From Sphingomonadales bacterium BRH_c3 (GTDB lineage Bacteria > Pseudomonadota > Alphaproteobacteria > Sphingomonadales > Sphingomonadaceae), in the NCBI GenBank assembly GCA_001515985.1, contig LOET01000112.1, positions 1 to 62,819 of the forward strand: 62,819 bases of DNA. Reading direction: 5' to 3'. A program made the translations under genes and the position numbers. This document shows positions 41,232 through 50,759 of this stretch, piece by piece (within the stretch, counting starts at the first letter, position 1; each line of letters begins with the position of its first letter). The notes under the pieces are model-generated. The model did no database searches. It saw nothing but the letters and a program-made list of their open reading frames with translations, and was not told the DNA's origin.

Positions 41232-41762
41232 TCACCATTCTTGGTATATCGGGTCGTTCGGGTAAAGATCGCCGAATACTGTCGTGGCGGGCATGTTGAA
41301 TATGCCGAAGAAGTCCTTGGCACCCTCCAGTTCGTGGGCATAGTCAAAGATGCACACTCGGCGCAGGATCTTCCATTCGCCGTCCCGCTTCTCACACAAG
41401 TCGCGATAGCGCCCGCCAGTAACCTTGGTCACATTCTTGTCAGCGAAGATCATGACATAAAGGAAAACAGACTCGCACTTGGCCTGATTTTCTCCGTCCA
41501 GCTCAATCAGGACGTTGGAGCAGTGGTGAAGCGCCGAATGGCCTGAAACCTTTTGCCCGTCATAGGCCCACTGGCAGAATTCGCGCCCATTGCCTACGAA
41601 TGCGGCGTGATCGTCCGTACCGTCGGGCCAATAGGCCGACTGCATCATGGCAAGATCCTTGCGGTCCTGGCCACGAACATAACGCATTAGATTCTCATAG
41701 ATGTTCTGTTTTTCAACCAGATCGCGCACGACCTTAGGAAGATTGTCCAGTTCATTAGCCAC
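41232..41762 (-). CDS. SnoaL-like/NTF2-fold protein (LinA/BaiE/scytalone dehydratase-like)
   Basis: YVRGQDRKD, DDH, HHCSNVLIE, GGRYRD, RDGEWKILRR; AGGAG RBS. Confidence 0.85.
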   Translation of the reverse strand: MANELDNLPKVVRDLVEKQNIYENLMRYVRGQDRKDLAMMQSAYWPDGTDDHAAFVGNGREFCQWAYDGQKVSGHSALHHCSNVLIELDGENQAKCESVFLYVMIFADKNVTKVTGGRYRDLCEKRDGEWKILRRVCIFDYAHELEGAKDFFGIFNMPATTVFGDLYPNDPIYQEW

Positions 41763-41811
41763 TTCGTTTCTCCTGCTTTGTTGATTGAAGAATCTGGGCC
41801 GCGAGCCGCAG

Positions 41812-43053
41812 TCATGTCGCTTGGTCGGCCGTCTCCTGATCGTCTTCCTTGATGATTACATCAACCTGTGCCTTGGACAGCCCGGCCTCAATCAGCAATT
41901 GGCGCGTATGTTCTCCGAGGAGCGGTGCTCGGCGAGCAACCTGACCTGGCGTCAACGTCATTTTGATAGGCACCCCGGCGATCGTCACCGGGGCGGTGCC
42001 GGGATTTTCGACCTGGACCAACATCTGGCGAGCTGAAAAATGCGCATCGGCACTTATATCGTCGATATTCATGACCGGACCAAATGGGATCTTTCCGCCC
42101 AATCGATTCATCAGTTCCGACTTTGTAAACTGCTTCGAACGCGCGCCAACCTCGCGGATCAGCTGCAACCGATTCGTCGTGCGGCCTTCCCGGCTGGAGT
42201 AGCGCGGGTCGGCCATCAATTCAGGTGCATCAAGTTCATTGCACAGGATGGCGAAGAACGAATCTTGCTGAGCAGCTACGGTAATGAAGCCATCCTTGGC
42301 CGGAAACATGCCGAACGGGCACAGGAACGGGTGGTGGTTGCCCTCCGGCCCGGGAACAGCGCCTTGGACCGAGTTTTGCCACACCATCCGCTCGCAGACT
42401 GCCAGCACCGCATCGGTCATAGCAACGTCGACAAACTGGCCTTCGCCCGTACGCCTGGCGTGATGGATTGCCGCGAGCACGCCGAACCCCAGCATCATGC
42501 CCGGGATGATATCGCCAACGCCTGGCCCCACCTTGGTCGGGGTCTCGGCATCAGGGCCAGTAATCGCCATTATGCCGCCCATTGCTTGGGCGACAACATC
42601 GAACGCGGGCCATTCGAGATAAGGCGAGGCTCCGGTCCGGACATCGCCGAAGCCGCGCAGCGCGCCATAGACCAAGCGCGGATTGAGCTCTTTCAGGGTT
42701 TCATAACCAAGCCCGAGCCGATCCATAACGCCTGCGCGGAAATTCTCTACCACAGCGTCCGCATCCCGCACCAGCGCCTTCAACGCCTCGCGACCTTCTT
42801 CGGTCTTGAGGTCCAGTACGACGCTGAGCTTGTTGCGATCGATGCTCTGGAAATAGCCGCCTAGGACGCGCTGCGTATCGTCAGCGCGGAAAGGACCGCC
42901 GGGACGGGTCAGGTCGCCATGCGGAGGTTCAACCTTAATAACGGTAGCCCCGTGATCAGCCAGCATCATCGTTCCATAAGGCCCCGCGAGCATCTGGGTG
43001 AGATCGATAATCTGGATATCCGACAGAGCGCCGAAACCTGCGTTGCCGTGCAT
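41812..43053 (-). CDS. Family III CoA-transferase (CaiB/BaiF)
   Basis: DLTQMLAGP, KVEPP, RNKLSVVLDLK, VENFRAG, GDIIPG, APLLGEHT; AGGAG RBS. Confidence 0.94.
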   Translation of the reverse strand: MHGNAGFGALSDIQIIDLTQMLAGPYGTMMLADHGATVIKVEPPHGDLTRPGGPFRADDTQRVLGGYFQSIDRNKLSVVLDLKTEEGREALKALVRDADAVVENFRAGVMDRLGLGYETLKELNPRLVYGALRGFGDVRTGASPYLEWPAFDVVAQAMGGIMAITGPDAETPTKVGPGVGDIIPGMMLGFGVLAAIHHARRTGEGQFVDVAMTDAVLAVCERMVWQNSVQGAVPGPEGNHHPFLCPFGMFPAKDGFITVAAQQDSFFAILCNELDAPELMADPRYSSREGRTTNRLQLIREVGARSKQFTKSELMNRLGGKIPFGPVMNIDDISADAHFSARQMLVQVENPGTAPVTIAGVPIKMTLTPGQVARRAPLLGEHTRQLLIEAGLSKAQVDVIIKEDDQETADQAT

Positions 43054-43198
43054 CGATTCAAGCTCCTGTTGCCCCGGTCCTGTGTGCCCGATCGAGGAAG
43101 CTGACCATTGGGTAGCTTCAACGCGGTCCTCTATCCTCTGGAGGTATATTGGAGCTATTGCATAAGGTGCAACGCGCATCCGGCATGCATGGGATTCC

Positions 43199-43212
43199 AT
43201 TACGATTGCAAT
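43199..43212. promoter_or_regulatory. Shared palindrome in the divergent CoA-transferase/ACAD promoter
   Basis: ATTACGATTGCAAT, 1 mismatch. Confidence 0.6.
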
Positions 43213-43338
43213 TTGACGTGGTTCCAGGGCCAATTTTGCTTGGCTCGGACGGGTCAGGCATTCAGATCACGCCAGCAATACACCCCACGCAGCCCGCCGG
43301 GCACGCCCGCTGGTTCAGCATGTTTAGGAAGATGACCA

Positions 43339-44619
43339 ATGGCCTGGAGCTTCAATACCGAACCCGAATTCCAGCTGGAGCTTGATTGGATTGACCAATT
43401 CGTGCGCGCAGAGGTCGAGCCGCTGGACCTGGTGCTTGGCGCTCCGCACGACATACGCGCGCCCGGTTTCGAACAGCTGGTTCGCCCGCTGCAGGCGCAG
43501 GTCAAAGCTCGCGGCCTGTGGGCCTGCCATCTAGGCCCGGAGTTGGGCGGCAAGGGTTTCGGACAGTTGAAGCTGGCCCTGATTAATGAACTGATTGGCC
43601 GTTCGCGCTTTGGCCCGATCGTCTTCGGGGCTCAGGCGCCCGACAGCGGCAATGCCGACGTACTGGCCGCCTATGGCACGCCAGAACAGAAGAAGCGCTA
43701 TCTCGAACCGCTACTCGCCAACGAAGTGGTCTCATGCTTTGCCCTGACCGAACCGCAGGGCGGCGCCGATCCGACGATGGTTGACACGACTGCAGTTCTG
43801 GATGGGGACGAATGGGTGCTTAACGGCGAAAAATGGTTCGCCTCTAACGCCTCGTTCGCCAGCTTTTTCTTGATCATGGCCAAGACCGATCCGGATGAGC
43901 GCCCACATCGCCGTAGCTCAATGTTCATCGTGCCCGCCGAGACGCCCGGCATTGAAATCATTAAGGATTACGGCGTCTCGGGCCAAATTCCGACCCACGC
44001 CCACATGCGCTGGAGCAACGTACGGATACCGCGAGAGAATTTGCTGGGTGCCCGCGGCGAAGGCTTCATCGTGGCGCAGGAGCGCCTCGGCGGCGGCCGC
44101 ATGCATCATGCCATGCGGACGATCGCATTGGCCCAGAGCGCGTTCGAGAAGATGTGCGAACGCGCCGTATCACGCATGACCAAAGGCGAGCATCTCGCCC
44201 GAAAGCAGATGGTCCAGGCGCAGGTTGCGGATTCTTGGGCCCAGCTTCGACAGTTCCGCCTGCTGGTGCTTGAAACCGCCTGGCTGGCCGACAACGGGCA
44301 TAGCTGGAAGGATCTTCGCCGCAACGTTGCCGCAGTCAAGTTCCTGATGCCGCAAGTGCTCCATGACGTCGCTTCGCGGGCGCTGCAGATCCACGGATCG
44401 CTGGGACTGACTGACGAAATGCCGTTCACCAGCATGCTGATCACCTCGTACCACATGGGTTTGGCCGATGGTCCGACGGAGGTTCACAAGGTCACCGTCG
44501 CTCGCGAAGTGCTGAAGGAGTTACAGCCGGCCGAAGGGATGTTCCCGGACTATATGCGCGATGGCAAGATTGCCGATGCGAAGGCCAAGTTCGGCTCAGT
44601 GTTAACGCGAGCCATCTAA
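43339..44619 (+). CDS. Acyl-CoA dehydrogenase, ACAD10/11-LvaC-like
   Basis: APDSGNA, LTEPQGGADP, RLGGGRMHHAMR, LADGPTEVHK. Confidence 0.9.
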   Translation: MAWSFNTEPEFQLELDWIDQFVRAEVEPLDLVLGAPHDIRAPGFEQLVRPLQAQVKARGLWACHLGPELGGKGFGQLKLALINELIGRSRFGPIVFGAQAPDSGNADVLAAYGTPEQKKRYLEPLLANEVVSCFALTEPQGGADPTMVDTTAVLDGDEWVLNGEKWFASNASFASFFLIMAKTDPDERPHRRSSMFIVPAETPGIEIIKDYGVSGQIPTHAHMRWSNVRIPRENLLGARGEGFIVAQERLGGGRMHHAMRTIALAQSAFEKMCERAVSRMTKGEHLARKQMVQAQVADSWAQLRQFRLLVLETAWLADNGHSWKDLRRNVAAVKFLMPQVLHDVASRALQIHGSLGLTDEMPFTSMLITSYHMGLADGPTEVHKVTVAREVLKELQPAEGMFPDYMRDGKIADAKAKFGSVLTRAI

Positions 44620-44623
44620 GCCG

Positions 44624-45682
44624 ATGACCGCGTCCGATCCAGAACGCGAACAGCAGGTCGCCCCGGCAGCCGTGTCCGGCGTCGAACTTTCGGAGCGGCT
44701 GTCGGCCGTGCTCGCGCAGCAATCAGGTTCTGACGTCAACGTTACCCAAGTCTGCCCGCTGCCTGGTCACGCCGGCATGGGCTTCAGCTTCCTTGCCGAC
44801 GATGGCCGGGCGGAACGCAAGTTGGTGGTGCGCACGATTCCCGCCAATGTCCCCGCCACCGGGCCAGCGGACGTGGTGCGCCAAGCACGGATTATGCAGT
44901 CGCTGGCGGGAAGCCGCGTCCCCGTGCCCGAAATTCTGGCCTTCGGTGATGGCAGCTCTGTTTTTGGGCGGCCCTATTTTATCTCCGAATTCGTCGAGGG
45001 CACGGCGCTGCCGGCGGCCCGCGCGAATCAGACAGCAGTGCACGCAAGATTGGCGCGAAGCGGAATCGAGGTGATGGCGCAGCTTCACAAGGTGGACTGC
45101 GCCGACATGGCCGATGCCTGGGGCGCCCCTCAGGCGCTCACGAACGAATTTGCACGCCTGCACAAGCTGTTCGACCGACCGACGATCGATGCGGGACGGT
45201 CCGGGCGGATGACATTGCTGCGCGAGCGGCTGCTGTCCGCCGCGCCCGCAGATTTCAATTCGGGCTGCGTTCACGGTGACATGCATTTCGGCAACATGAT
45301 CTTTGGCCCGGACGGTGTACGGGCAGTGATCGACTGGGAAATCGCGTTCTGCGGCTCAACCCTGCTCGATCTGGGCATGCTAACGTTTTATGCTGATCCC
45401 GAAGCTGGTCTGCCGGAACACCGCTACCGCGCGGAGCGTTGGATTATTTCGCCCGGCGAGATGATTGATACCTACCGCGCGGCGTGGCAGACCCACCTTC
45501 CTGCTGCGAGTATCGCCTGGCACAGAGCGTTTGGAGGCTACCGGTTCGCAGTCATCACCCTGTTTAACGAGATGCTGCACCGCCGCGGCAAGAAGCCGGA
45601 TCCGATGTGGACGGATGTAAGCCGATCGGTGCCGACAATGGTAGAGCGGAGCCTGGAAGTGCTCAGCGAGCTAATCGGGTGA
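44624..45682 (+). CDS. APH-family phosphotransferase (ACAD10/11 kinase domain/LvaA-like)
   Basis: VPVPEIL, HGDMHFGN catalytic loop, VIDWE; 4 bp after the ACAD stop. Confidence 0.88.
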   Translation: MTASDPEREQQVAPAAVSGVELSERLSAVLAQQSGSDVNVTQVCPLPGHAGMGFSFLADDGRAERKLVVRTIPANVPATGPADVVRQARIMQSLAGSRVPVPEILAFGDGSSVFGRPYFISEFVEGTALPAARANQTAVHARLARSGIEVMAQLHKVDCADMADAWGAPQALTNEFARLHKLFDRPTIDAGRSGRMTLLRERLLSAAPADFNSGCVHGDMHFGNMIFGPDGVRAVIDWEIAFCGSTLLDLGMLTFYADPEAGLPEHRYRAERWIISPGEMIDTYRAAWQTHLPAASIAWHRAFGGYRFAVITLFNEMLHRRGKKPDPMWTDVSRSVPTMVERSLEVLSELIG

Positions 45683-45722
45683 GCAGCAAGCGGATCGCCC
45701 CGTGCATCGGGCGCCGAGCGTA

Positions 45723-45736
45723 ATTGCATCTGCAAT
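45723..45736. promoter_or_regulatory. Perfect shared palindrome upstream of the P450
   Basis: ATTGCATCTGCAAT. Confidence 0.7.
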
Positions 45737-45867
45737 ATCCGACGATCTGAAGGCTGGTTGGTGGCAACCGACCGCGAATGAATCTATTGTTCAGCCCACT
45801 ACAAATATCACCGGACGGGTTCAGTATCGGTGACATCGGCTAACAGCGCCGACTTTGGAGAGCTACG

Positions 45868-47139
45868 ATGAATGACCAGACCTTGACGGACCGGTTCGGC
45901 GATGCAGAAATGCTCAGGAACCCCTACGAGTATTACTCAAGATTGCGGGAAGAGAAAAAAGTCTTCTTTTCGGAATCGCTGAATGCCTTCGTGGTTTGCC
46001 GATTCTCGGACATTGAACAGGTCCTCCAGAACCCGGCGCTTTTCGTCAATACACCGCCGTCCAGCCAGGCGTCGGCCCACGCCCATTACGCCGAGCGGTA
46101 CTACAAACTGTATGATGACGCAGGCCTGCCCCGCCGGGTCCCGGTCTTGGCAATGACTGACGGCGACCTGCACCGGCGCTACCGCGACCTGATCAATCCG
46201 CGCTTCACAGCCAGCGCCGTGAAGCGCATGGAGGATCGACTTGTCGCGGTTGTCGACGGGCTGATCGATACCTTCATCGAGCGCGGCGCAAACGGGACCG
46301 GCTCGGTCGATCTCTATTCAGAATTCGCGCTGCTGGTTCCGCTGTTTTTCTTTTGCGACACATTGGGCGTGCCCCGCACCAACATCCGGATGATGCAAGA
46401 TGCTGGCGCGGCGTCGATCTCATTGGTCACAGGCGCGCTGCTGGATGAAGAAGGCCGCGTGGCGGCGCATATGAAGCTGATCGAATACAGCAAGTTCATC
46501 CAGAAACACATAGACCGGCTTCGCCGTGATCCCGACGACAGCCTGCTGAGCCACATGATCCACCACGAGACCCGCGACGGCGACAGGCTGAGCGATCAGG
46601 AAATCATCTCGATGTGCGCTACATTGAACACGGGCGGAAATGAGACCACCACGAACGGCATTGGCAACACGCTGTATGCTGCCGTCCGCGACCCGGAAAT
46701 TCTGGCGCGCCTGAACGAGAACCGCGACCTCATTCCCAAGTTTACCGAAGAAGTCATCCGCCAGGACAGCCCGATCGCCGCTACTATTCGCTGGGCCAGC
46801 GAAGACGCGATGATCGGGGAGACTCCTATTCCCAAGGGCAGCGCGGTCCATGTTCGCCTGGCCGCCGGCAACCGCGATGAACAGCAATACGACCATGCCT
46901 CGTGCGTCGATCTGGATCGCAGCGGAATCCGCAACCACCTCGGCTTCGGCTATGGCATCCACTACTGCGTCGGCGTCCACCTTTCTCGTGCTGAAATTCG
47001 CATCAGTCTGGCTCGCTTGCTCGACCGGCTCGAAGACATCCGCATCGATCCGGGCAAGACTCCGATAGAATACAACGACGCCGGCATGGTGCACGGCCTG
47101 CAAGCCCTTCCCGTCACCTTCCGTAAGAAGGCCCTCTAA
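45868..47139 (+). CDS. Cytochrome P450
   Basis: I-helix GGNETT, ExxR (EEVIR), GNRDE, heme motif FGYGIHYCVG. Confidence 0.96.
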   Translation: MNDQTLTDRFGDAEMLRNPYEYYSRLREEKKVFFSESLNAFVVCRFSDIEQVLQNPALFVNTPPSSQASAHAHYAERYYKLYDDAGLPRRVPVLAMTDGDLHRRYRDLINPRFTASAVKRMEDRLVAVVDGLIDTFIERGANGTGSVDLYSEFALLVPLFFFCDTLGVPRTNIRMMQDAGAASISLVTGALLDEEGRVAAHMKLIEYSKFIQKHIDRLRRDPDDSLLSHMIHHETRDGDRLSDQEIISMCATLNTGGNETTTNGIGNTLYAAVRDPEILARLNENRDLIPKFTEEVIRQDSPIAATIRWASEDAMIGETPIPKGSAVHVRLAAGNRDEQQYDHASCVDLDRSGIRNHLGFGYGIHYCVGVHLSRAEIRISLARLLDRLEDIRIDPGKTPIEYNDAGMVHGLQALPVTFRKKAL

Positions 47140-47187
47140 ACCCCTGCCCCGGTTTCACGGGGTGATCTTCACGAAAAAGGATCTCGG

Positions 47188-47371
47188 ATGCGAGGTCAGC
47201 TTGAAGGCAAGATTGCAGTCATCACCGGCGCGGCCCCATGGCCTAGTGCACCGACAAAAACTTCGAACTGATGATCGTGTTAACTTGCGCGGGCCATTCC
47301 TAACCATGCGGGCGGCGATCCCGCACATAACCGGCGCGGTGCTCCCTGTCGAGGGTGGCCAAACCGCCTGA
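47188..47371 (+). pseudogene. Collapsed SDR, paralog of 55164..55913
   Basis: MRGQLEGKIAVITGAA / VNLRGPFLTMRAAIPH / ITGAVLPVEGGQTA* within 184 bp. Confidence 0.8.
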
Positions 47372-47498
47372 ATGATGAGGAGCGCCGATTGGAACGATTT
47401 ATTGCAATTACGAAGGTGTCTCTAGGGACAAGACAAAAATAACGGAAATCCAACATATAATATTCTAAGGGATTTCGATATTTGGGAGGTTTCGGTAG

Positions 47499-48836
47499 AT
47501 GCAATCGATCCAAAATGTCTGCTATTCTAGCGGTCAATATAATATGCGAAGGGCTTGGCTTACTGTCGGTTTATTGTCTTTGCTGTATGTAGTTTCGCTA
47601 GTAGATCGTCAAATTCTTGTTCTCTTGATCGGACCGATAAAAGCGGAATTCCAAATCGATGATGTGCAAATTGGTTTGTTGATTGGCACGGCCTTTGCTG
47701 TTGTCTATTCAATTCTTGGTTTGCCAGCTGGCAGAATCGCTGACCGTGGAAACCGGAAGCATCTCGTTATTGCCGGGGCCGTAGTTTGGTGTTTCTCCAC
47801 GATTGCTTCTGGCTTTGCTCCGACCTTTATGGTCCTGATTTTGCTGAGATTGGGTTTGGCTGCTGGTGAGGCAGTTCTCACCCCAGCAGCGCACTCGTTG
47901 ATCGGAGACCTCTTCCCGCCACACAAACGCACGCTCGCTGCAAGTTTGTTTAGTGCAGCTGGTTTCATTGGCGCACCCCTAGCTTTCTCGGGTGGCGCAC
48001 TTTTGATCCTGACGCTCGAAAATGCGAATAATAAATGGTTATTGGAATCATTCGATGTCTGGCAGCTTGTTCTGTTTGCTGTTGGTGCTCCGGGTTTGTT
48101 GCTGGTTTGCATCTTCGCAATCTTGGTAAAAGAGCCAGCCCGGGATAAAAGGAACCAAGCAAATGCTCTCGCTTCAAATGGTGATGTCATAAATCAGATT
48201 AAAGGCAATTCGAAGCTTTACTCTGGGTTATTCTTCAGTGCTTCGCTGGCGTCGGGTTGCAGTTATGCAGTGTATAATTGGACTACTGAGAGCCTCATTC
48301 GCGATTTCGGGTGGTCTGCGGTGGAATCAGGTAGCATATTTGGCCCTCTGGCATTGGTTGCTGCAGTCTCGGGCGTTCTCTTTGCTCCTAGGTTAAGCCA
48401 GCACCTTCGAGAACGGGGACGAGAGGACGCAGTTGTCTTGGTAAGCTTTGCTCTTGCTTTGCTTTGCACGTTTTCGCTTGGATTGGGCTTTTTGCTAGAC
48501 GATCCTGGCATTCGGCTTGCGATGGTCGGATTAGGCATATTTGCAACGTTAGGCAGCAGCATGAACATAGTGATATCGATGCAAGTGGTGGCTCCATCTC
48601 GCATGCGTGCGACGTTCGTGGCGATCCTATTCATGGGAATGTCAATCTTCGGTGCAGGTGTCGCGCCGGTGGTTGTGCCAACAGTTGCCGAGCTAATTGG
48701 CTTAGGGCTTAGTGTCGCGCTAGCGTTAGTATGCTCGTTACTAGCCGGCATATCCTCACTATTTCTCTTATGGGTCCGCGCGGATTTTAAGCTGGCAGCG
48801 CGTGCAGGATTTCCAGAGGTCATCTCTCGGGTCTAA
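47499..48836 (+). CDS. MFS transporter (spinster-like), AT-richer paralog of 29146..30486
   Basis: DRQIL, GRIADRGNR, GEAVLTPAAHSLIGDLFP, C-terminal ARAGFP. Confidence 0.92.
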   Translation: MQSIQNVCYSSGQYNMRRAWLTVGLLSLLYVVSLVDRQILVLLIGPIKAEFQIDDVQIGLLIGTAFAVVYSILGLPAGRIADRGNRKHLVIAGAVVWCFSTIASGFAPTFMVLILLRLGLAAGEAVLTPAAHSLIGDLFPPHKRTLAASLFSAAGFIGAPLAFSGGALLILTLENANNKWLLESFDVWQLVLFAVGAPGLLLVCIFAILVKEPARDKRNQANALASNGDVINQIKGNSKLYSGLFFSASLASGCSYAVYNWTTESLIRDFGWSAVESGSIFGPLALVAAVSGVLFAPRLSQHLRERGREDAVVLVSFALALLCTFSLGLGFLLDDPGIRLAMVGLGIFATLGSSMNIVISMQVVAPSRMRATFVAILFMGMSIFGAGVAPVVVPTVAELIGLGLSVALALVCSLLAGISSLFLLWVRADFKLAARAGFPEVISRV

Positions 48837-49106
48837 TAAAGCGGCCTCGCTCCATTCAACAGTCACTGATTGAAACATGAGAGCCAAGGAGTTGACGGTT
48901 CGTATGGCTTCAGATGTCCATTGCGGTGACCCCACCCATGGCGCCCCAACTTGCCGAAATTATGGGCGTCGATTGGCGATCGCTCATGCCTCCTGTGTTA
49001 AAAATCAAACCTCTTCGAACTTGCAAATAGTAAAAAGTGCTATGATTGATCTCTTGGCATATAATCTCTCATAATAGATTTCATGTGATGAAGTGGAGCT
49101 GATTTT

Positions 49107-50321
49107 TTGTCGAAAATCATGCAGGAAATCCATGAGTTGTATGGAGGACGCCGAGCCTTATTATCTACAATGATTGCCGCAGGAGCTTCGATACAATTTA
49201 GTTACTATATTCTGACTCTCTTTATCCCTCCTCTTATTGATGAGTTCGGGTGGGCTAAATCGCAAGTTGCCGTTACTGGAGCAATGGGCGCATTCGGGGC
49301 AATTGCATTCGTGATTGCAGGGCGCTTTGCGGATCGATTTGGGACGCGGAGGACAGCATTGATCGGTGTGATTGGCCTCCCAATCTGCTATTTATTGTTG
49401 AGTATAATGGATGGCGAAATAAATAGTTTCTACATAATTTATGCTCTTATTTTGGTTCTAGGCTCTACTACGTCGATTTCTGTTTACGGCCGAATAATCG
49501 CTACTCGTTTTGAAGAGACTCGCGGACTTGCTTTTGCATTAATGTTATCAAGTGCGCCGTTCTTGGCATTGGCTACGGTCTCCCTATTGGAATTAGTGAT
49601 CGCGACTGAAGGATGGCGTGCTGGGTTCAGAACGCTCGCCGTGGCGGTCCTTCTGCTAGGCCTCCTTGCCCTGCGCATCATGCCTCAAGAATCCACCTCT
49701 ATTCGTGGGGTGAATTCGCCAATTGATGGAAGAGCGTTTGGTTTCATTCTTCGGTCAAAATCATTTTGGGTGATCGCGACAGCAATGCTGCTTTGTAACC
49801 TAGGATCTGCATTAAATACACTTCAATTGAAACCTATGTTACTTGAGCAAGATCTTTCATCGTCTCAGGCAGCTACAATCATGCCTGCTTTTGCTTCTGG
49901 GGTTCTTGGAGGCAGGCTTCTCAGCGGCTTCGCTTTTAGATCGTTTTCAACGCCAATTGTATCTGCAGCCATGATGGGCCTGCCCTCGATAGGCTTGGCT
50001 CTCATGGCAAGTCCTTTTGACCAATATGTTGTGGTATATCTGGCGACCATGTTAATCGGCGTCTCGCAAGGCGCGGAGGCCGATATCGGGGCCTTCACTG
50101 TCGCACGTTACGTTGGGACAGAATACTTCGGAACCGGGACAGGTTTAATAACATCATTCGTAATTGGTATATCATCTTTTGAAGCTATCTGCGCTGGTTT
50201 CAGTTACCATTTTTATGATAGTCTGACCCCTTTCATAATCGCGACGTCAATTGCTTCATTCACTGGCGCATTTATCTTTCTTTTATTATTTAATTTCAGA
50301 GATGCAAGTTGCTCTAAATGA
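49107..50321 (+). CDS. MFS transporter
   Basis: GRFADRFGTRR motif A, RGLAF, GAEAD, multiple TM segments. Confidence 0.9.
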   Translation: MSKIMQEIHELYGGRRALLSTMIAAGASIQFSYYILTLFIPPLIDEFGWAKSQVAVTGAMGAFGAIAFVIAGRFADRFGTRRTALIGVIGLPICYLLLSIMDGEINSFYIIYALILVLGSTTSISVYGRIIATRFEETRGLAFALMLSSAPFLALATVSLLELVIATEGWRAGFRTLAVAVLLLGLLALRIMPQESTSIRGVNSPIDGRAFGFILRSKSFWVIATAMLLCNLGSALNTLQLKPMLLEQDLSSSQAATIMPAFASGVLGGRLLSGFAFRSFSTPIVSAAMMGLPSIGLALMASPFDQYVVVYLATMLIGVSQGAEADIGAFTVARYVGTEYFGTGTGLITSFVIGISSFEAICAGFSYHFYDSLTPFIIATSIASFTGAFIFLLLFNFRDASCSK

Positions 50322-50341
50322 CTTGAATCTCTGCAATGAGG

Positions 50342-50608
50342 TGTCCGTTGTGAGAACGTTTGGCGCAACTTGCGGCGTAGGTTAGGGGAGGGCGGGCCTC
50401 ATCTGGTTGTTGTATTTTAGGCGGCGAGCTTGCGGTGTTGCAAGCGCCGATGTTCGTTGCGCTCTCGGTTGAACGTTTCTCGTCGTCTGATGAAGGCAGG
50501 GGCCCTAGCGAAGTGGGCACCGGCAGTCACCCAAAATCAACCCCCAAACGAGCCTCGCGTTCCGCTAATTTGCAAGGCGATCTGCACCAGATCCTCTGAC
50601 GACCGATA
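50342..50608. mobile_element. Two back-to-back IS3/IS481-type right-end remnants (MITE-like)
   Basis: Minus strand encodes the transposase-like tail EHRRLQHRKLAA*; termini TGTCCGTTGTGAGAAC... and ...CCTCTGACGACCGATA are imperfect IRs (17/26 by manual count). Family recalled from memory. Confidence 0.5.
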
Positions 50609-50639
50609 GATGGCTGTACGGTGCCTCAATTCTCGCAAA

Positions 50640-50673
50640 ATTACATCTGCAATAACAGTATTGCAGATGAGAT
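50640..50673. promoter_or_regulatory. Tandem shared palindromes upstream of the TBDR
   Basis: ATTACATCTGCAAT (perfect) and ATTGCAGATGAGAT, 20 bp apart, together forming CATCTGCAATA-ACAG-TATTGCAGATG. Confidence 0.72.
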
Positions 50674-50759
50674 ACGGCCGTCACCAAACTAGCAAATCTC
50701 CTTACCTTGGGCGTAGAACCATCACTGAACATAGCTGTTTTGGATGAGGGGAAAAATTT

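Noticed and set aside
41232-41762. HCH dehydrochlorinase linA / lin pathway
   Set aside because: Only fold-level resemblance; no linB, linD or linE homologs visible.
43213-43338. Sigma-54 promoters downstream of the shared palindrome
   Set aside because: No convincing TGGCAC-N5-TTGC found here or at the other promoters I inspected.
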